A stretch of DNA of 43,896 nucleotides, taken from contig JAWCKV010000003.1 in the NCBI GenBank assembly GCA_038851565.1, forward strand, positions 433 through 44,328. Reading direction: 5' to 3'. The position numbers and the translations under genes were made by a program. Below are positions 40,556 to 43,896 of this stretch, piece after piece. The stretch's first letter is position 1; the number at the start of each line of letters is the position of its first letter. The notes below the pieces were generated by a model. The model was not told the origin of the DNA and searched no databases. It worked only from the letters and a program-made list of their open reading frames with translations. This DNA comes from Candidatus Hadarchaeales archaeon (GTDB taxonomy: Archaea; Hadarchaeota; Hadarchaeia; Hadarchaeales; Hadarchaeaceae).

Positions 40556-40660
40556 TTTTTATTCCTCCTTTTGTTTTTGGCGCGGCTTGACCGCACCGCT
40601 AAAATCTATCTATAACGGCGTATTTACCAACTCTCCAAAAACCGTTCATCTGGTGTAACA

Positions 40661-40780
40661 TAGCGCTTTAAATCATTTTTCATAGAAAAAATATCATATT
40701 TTTATATTTATTATCGTTCAAATACCAATTAAAATTAAAATTTTTCATTTTATGGTCATTTGGGGTAAAATTTATATCTG
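40661..40780. promoter_or_regulatory. Extremely AT-rich divergent promoter region
   Basis: 23 G+C in 120 nt by hand count (~19%); several TATA-like runs between divergent genes. Confidence 0.6.
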
Positions 40781-40807
40781 TGCTGCGAGTTCTAAATTTT
40801 GAGACAC

Positions 40808-41242
40808 ATGACAATAAGGGAGGCCTTGGGCATAGTGGCCTTGGTCGTGCTCATCCAGCTGAGCGTTGGGGCAATGTTTTATCTTTTTATTGGAGCGGCG
40901 CCGGGCGTTGATCTGACCGCTATCCTCGCGGCAATTCTGATAATGGCAGCTGTGGCAGGGGCGGTGGCTTCGCTGCTGGTGCTCCTCCTGAAGAAATACG
41001 CTGGGGAGAGGACCATGCGGATCGCCCTCATGACCCTCAGCGAGGATGAAAGGAAGGTTTTCGAGGCCATATTGCGCGCTGGCGGAGAGGCCCGTCAGGA
41101 CAAGCTCAGAAGGGAGCTGGACATGTCTAAGGCAAAGCTGAGCGCCCTGGTGAACAACCTCGAGCGGAAGCAGGCCATAACAAAAACGAGGTACTGGAAG
41201 ACCAACATCCTTAGGGTCAGAAAGGAATTCACCGGGGGCTAA
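40808..41242 (+). CDS. Membrane-associated winged-HTH transcriptional regulator (COG2512-like)
   Basis: Two TM helices, then LSEDERKV..GGEARQDKL..MSKAKLSALVNNLE..KTN. Confidence 0.85.
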   Translation: MTIREALGIVALVVLIQLSVGAMFYLFIGAAPGVDLTAILAAILIMAAVAGAVASLLVLLLKKYAGERTMRIALMTLSEDERKVFEAILRAGGEARQDKLRRELDMSKAKLSALVNNLERKQAITKTRYWKTNILRVRKEFTGG

Positions 41243-41289
41243 GCGGAGGTTTGAAAAGCCATCAATTCCATTTCTAAGCGGGGAAAAGC

Positions 41290-41901
41290 TTGAGAAGATC
41301 CGTGGAAAGGATGAGAAAATATTTCGACTCCCTTGAGAGGACCAGGGAGCGGATCCTGCAGATTTCCAGGGATGTGGTGAGGGCATCTTCCAGATGCATA
41401 TCGGCGCTTCACCGCGGAGAAAGCGAGATCGCAGGGAAGTTATTAGCCGAGGCCAGAAAAAAGCTGAAGAGGCTCGAGTCCGAGGTAAAAGGCGTACCGG
41501 AGCTGCTCCAATCCGGAATAACCGAGTCCGCCCAGCAGGAATACTGCGAAGCCATGCTCTTCCACACGTACATCCATAAAGGGAAAGTACTTGGCCCTGA
41601 AGAGGTGGGAATACCCTACCGTCCATACCTTGGCGGGCTATCTGATATGGTTGGAGAGCTCAGGAGATATGCCCTTGACCTGATGAGAGAAGGTAAGGTG
41701 GCCAAGGCCTCTGAGGTTCTGAACACAATGGACGAGATCCTGGGAACCCTGATGGAGTTTGACTATCCCGAGGCGATCCTGCCGGGTATGAGGAGAAAGC
41801 AGGACATGGTCAGGACAACCGTGGAGAAGACGAGGGGAGAGCTGACGATAGCGATAAGGCAGCACAAGCTTGAGAGCGAGCTGAGGAGGGCCAGAAGATG
41901 A
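41290..41901 (+). CDS. Translin/TRAX (C3PO) family protein
   Basis: RERILQISR, QQEYCEA, YLGGLSDMVGELRR, RRKQD. Confidence 0.88.
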   Translation: MRRSVERMRKYFDSLERTRERILQISRDVVRASSRCISALHRGESEIAGKLLAEARKKLKRLESEVKGVPELLQSGITESAQQEYCEAMLFHTYIHKGKVLGPEEVGIPYRPYLGGLSDMVGELRRYALDLMREGKVAKASEVLNTMDEILGTLMEFDYPEAILPGMRRKQDMVRTTVEKTRGELTIAIRQHKLESELRRARR

Positions 41902-43475
41902 GGTTCAACACGCGCGAGATCCGAGAGAAAGCGAGGAAGGACTATGATAAGACATGGCATGAAACTGGGAACCTTGTGAAAAGGGAGGGAAAGTTTTTCA
42001 AACTTGAGGGCAAGGGGGAACCCCACGCCCTACAAGAGCTGATACAGAGGGCTAGAAGGGTGCTGCTTGATCTGGGATTCAAGGAAACGTGCGTGCCCAT
42101 CTTCATAGACAAAAGAGATGTGTACGCTCAGTACGGGCCAGAGGCCCCAGTGATCCTGGACAGGGTTTTCTTCCTCGCCGGCCTGGAAAGGCCGGATATA
42201 GGGATAGGGCGCAGGAAGATCGCAGAGATAGAGAAGATAGCCCCGGGAGTGAATGTGGAGGAGCTCCGGAGGATATTCAGAGAATACAAGGAGGGAAGGA
42301 TAAGCGCCGACGACCTTGTGGAGCGCATGGTGGAGGAACTAAGGATCTCGGAGGAACAGGCGACTGGAATAATCTCACTATTTCCGGAGTTCAGGGAGAT
42401 GAAACCAGTCCCAACCGACCTGACCCTCAGAAGCCATACCACGGCTGGCTGGTTCATAGTTCTCAGGGAAGCCGTGAAGAGGGAACCGCTGCCGATAAAG
42501 CTCTTCTCGGTGGGGCAGAAGTTCAGGAGGGAACAGGAGCTTGACCCAACTCACCTCTATGACTCGTGGACGGCATCGATTGTCGTGGTCGCTGAGGAGA
42601 TAAGCGTTGAGGACGGGCAGAAAATTGCCTCCGAGATCCTGAGGAGACTGGGATTTGAAAAGATAGCCTTCAGGATAAAGAAGGCCACATCAAGGTACTA
42701 CGCTCCCCAGACCGAGTTTGAGGTCTTTGTAAAGCATCCCGCGACAGGGGAGGAAGTGGAGGTGGGCGACGGAGGCATGTACAGCCCGGTCGCCCTGAGC
42801 AACTACGACATCCCATATCCCGTGTTCAACCTGGGGGTGGGGCTGGAGAGAATCCTGATGATCCTCACAGGGGAGACCGACATCAGGGCGCTGGCCTATC
42901 CCTATCTGTACCGAACAGCAAGCTTTTCTGACCAAGAGCTTTCGAGCATGATAAGGATCGACGTTTTGCCCCTCACCGAAACCGGAAAGGCAATCGCCAG
43001 AGCCATAGCCGAAACGGCTAGAAAGCATGGCAGCGCCCCAAGTCCATGTGAGTTCGTGGCCCACAGGGGAAAGATGGGAAAAAAAGAGGTGCTCGTCAAA
43101 CTGGTTGAGCCGGAAAGCGGGACCAAGTTAGTTGGTCCCGCGGGTTTTAACGAGATATACGTGTACGACGGGAATGTGATCGGACTTCCCCCCGAAGGAT
43201 GGAAGGACGATGAGTTCCTGAAAAAGGTCAGGAGGGAGGGAATTAGAACTGGGATAACTTACATGGATGCCCTCGCATCGCTTGCAGCGCGGAGGATCGA
43301 GGAGGCCGCGGAAAGGGGCGAGCAGGAGGTCAGGGTGAGGGTAAGAAATGTGAAGTCCCCTGCGGACATAAACGTGCGCATCGAAGAGGCTGCCCAGAGG
43401 TACATCACATCCAGGAACAGGAGAATTGACATAAGGGGCCCGGTTTTCACCACTGTTACGGCCAGTCTCAGCTGA
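41898..43475 (+). CDS. sepS: O-phosphoserine--tRNA(Cys) ligase (SepRS)
   Basis: MRF N-terminus, YGPEA..ILDR.FFLAGL.RP, LRSHT, FRREQ, SRYY, NLGVGLER, SPCEF, DIRGPVF. Confidence 0.92.
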   Translation: MRFNTREIREKARKDYDKTWHETGNLVKREGKFFKLEGKGEPHALQELIQRARRVLLDLGFKETCVPIFIDKRDVYAQYGPEAPVILDRVFFLAGLERPDIGIGRRKIAEIEKIAPGVNVEELRRIFREYKEGRISADDLVERMVEELRISEEQATGIISLFPEFREMKPVPTDLTLRSHTTAGWFIVLREAVKREPLPIKLFSVGQKFRREQELDPTHLYDSWTASIVVVAEEISVEDGQKIASEILRRLGFEKIAFRIKKATSRYYAPQTEFEVFVKHPATGEEVEVGDGGMYSPVALSNYDIPYPVFNLGVGLERILMILTGETDIRALAYPYLYRTASFSDQELSSMIRIDVLPLTETGKAIARAIAETARKHGSAPSPCEFVAHRGKMGKKEVLVKLVEPESGTKLVGPAGFNEIYVYDGNVIGLPPEGWKDDEFLKKVRREGIRTGITYMDALASLAARRIEEAAERGEQEVRVRVRNVKSPADINVRIEEAAQRYITSRNRRIDIRGPVFTTVTASLS

Positions 43476-43896
43476 GCACCCTCCTGGCCCCCCTTATCCC
43501 CTCCCTTCCGGTGGCAAGGGGGTTTTTCGGGTCCCACAGCTCCAGGATAAATGCTCCGTTGTACCCCACCCTCCTGAAGGCTGCCGCGACACGAGGGAAA
43601 TCTATCTCTCCCTTGCCTGGAGGAAAATGGTCGTCGTTCACACCATTGTTGTCGTGAAGATGAACGTGAACTATCAAATCGCGCATCCTCCTTATGTACC
43701 TGACGATCTGGCCCGCAGTTGACCTCACGCCCATTCTCCTGAAAAACAGGTTTGCGTGCCCCACGTCAAATGTTATCCCCAGGTTCTCCGCCTCGGCCAG
43801 CCTCCTGAGCTCCTCGAACGTTCCCGGGTACGAGCGCGGATCCCTGCCAGGATTCTCCAGCGCTATCCTCACCCCTCTCCTGCGGGCATGGGCCGC
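43468..43896 (-). CDS. Sugar phosphate isomerase/epimerase (xylose isomerase-like TIM barrel), partial
   Basis: IALEN, FDVGHA, HVHLHDNNG..DDH..PG.G, ILE; frame stays open to the window end. Confidence 0.88.
   Translation of the reverse strand, partial: AAHARRRGVRIALENPGRDPRSYPGTFEELRRLAEAENLGITFDVGHANLFFRRMGVRSTAGQIVRYIRRMRDLIVHVHLHDNNGVNDDHFPPGKGEIDFPRVAAAFRRVGYNGAFILELWDPKNPLATGREGIRGARRVLS

Noticed and set aside
40600..40800. Replication origin DNA-unwinding element
   Set aside because: No ORB-like repeats with G-strings and no orc1/cdc6 in the window; divergent promoters explain the AT richness.

Overview
This is an archaeal, GC-rich chromosomal window. A Hadarchaeota/MSBL1-like euryarchaeal relative is my inference from gene content and AGG/ATA codon usage; I could not verify it. 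The right two-thirds (16.8-43.9 kb) is mostly core information processing: S24e/S27ae, KEOPS (Kae1, Bud32, two Pcc1 paralogs), RdgB, S15, RecJ-like DHH, methanogen-type SerRS, S3ae, GlmM/GlmU, YchF, SerA-like, the exosome/proteasome superoperon, Taw1, translin and SepRS. The left third is accessory: a type IV pilus/T2SS-like ATPase operon, TrxB, transporters, an FdrA-like gene, a surface transglutaminase-like protein and a proteasome beta subunit with Gly in place of the catalytic Thr1. A ~5.4 kb patch at 10.7-16.1 kb holds a heavily decayed MalK-type ABC ATPase, an intact sugar-binding protein with no signal peptide or anchor that is translationally coupled to a MinD/ParA ATPase, a decayed CBM11-like gene, a signal-peptide+TM miniprotein and an orphan AbiEi-like regulator. 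The signal-less binding protein plus MinD pair is my best candidate for an undescribed system. Elements missing from the ORF track include rps27ae, a T2SS-F-like gene at the left edge, a CBM11-like fragment at 3632-3808, a triple-frameshifted Zn-ribbon/CFI-box gene and a probable CTG start for RdgB. I saw no rRNA, tRNA, CRISPR array or transposase. All family calls come from motif recognition by eye, without database searches.
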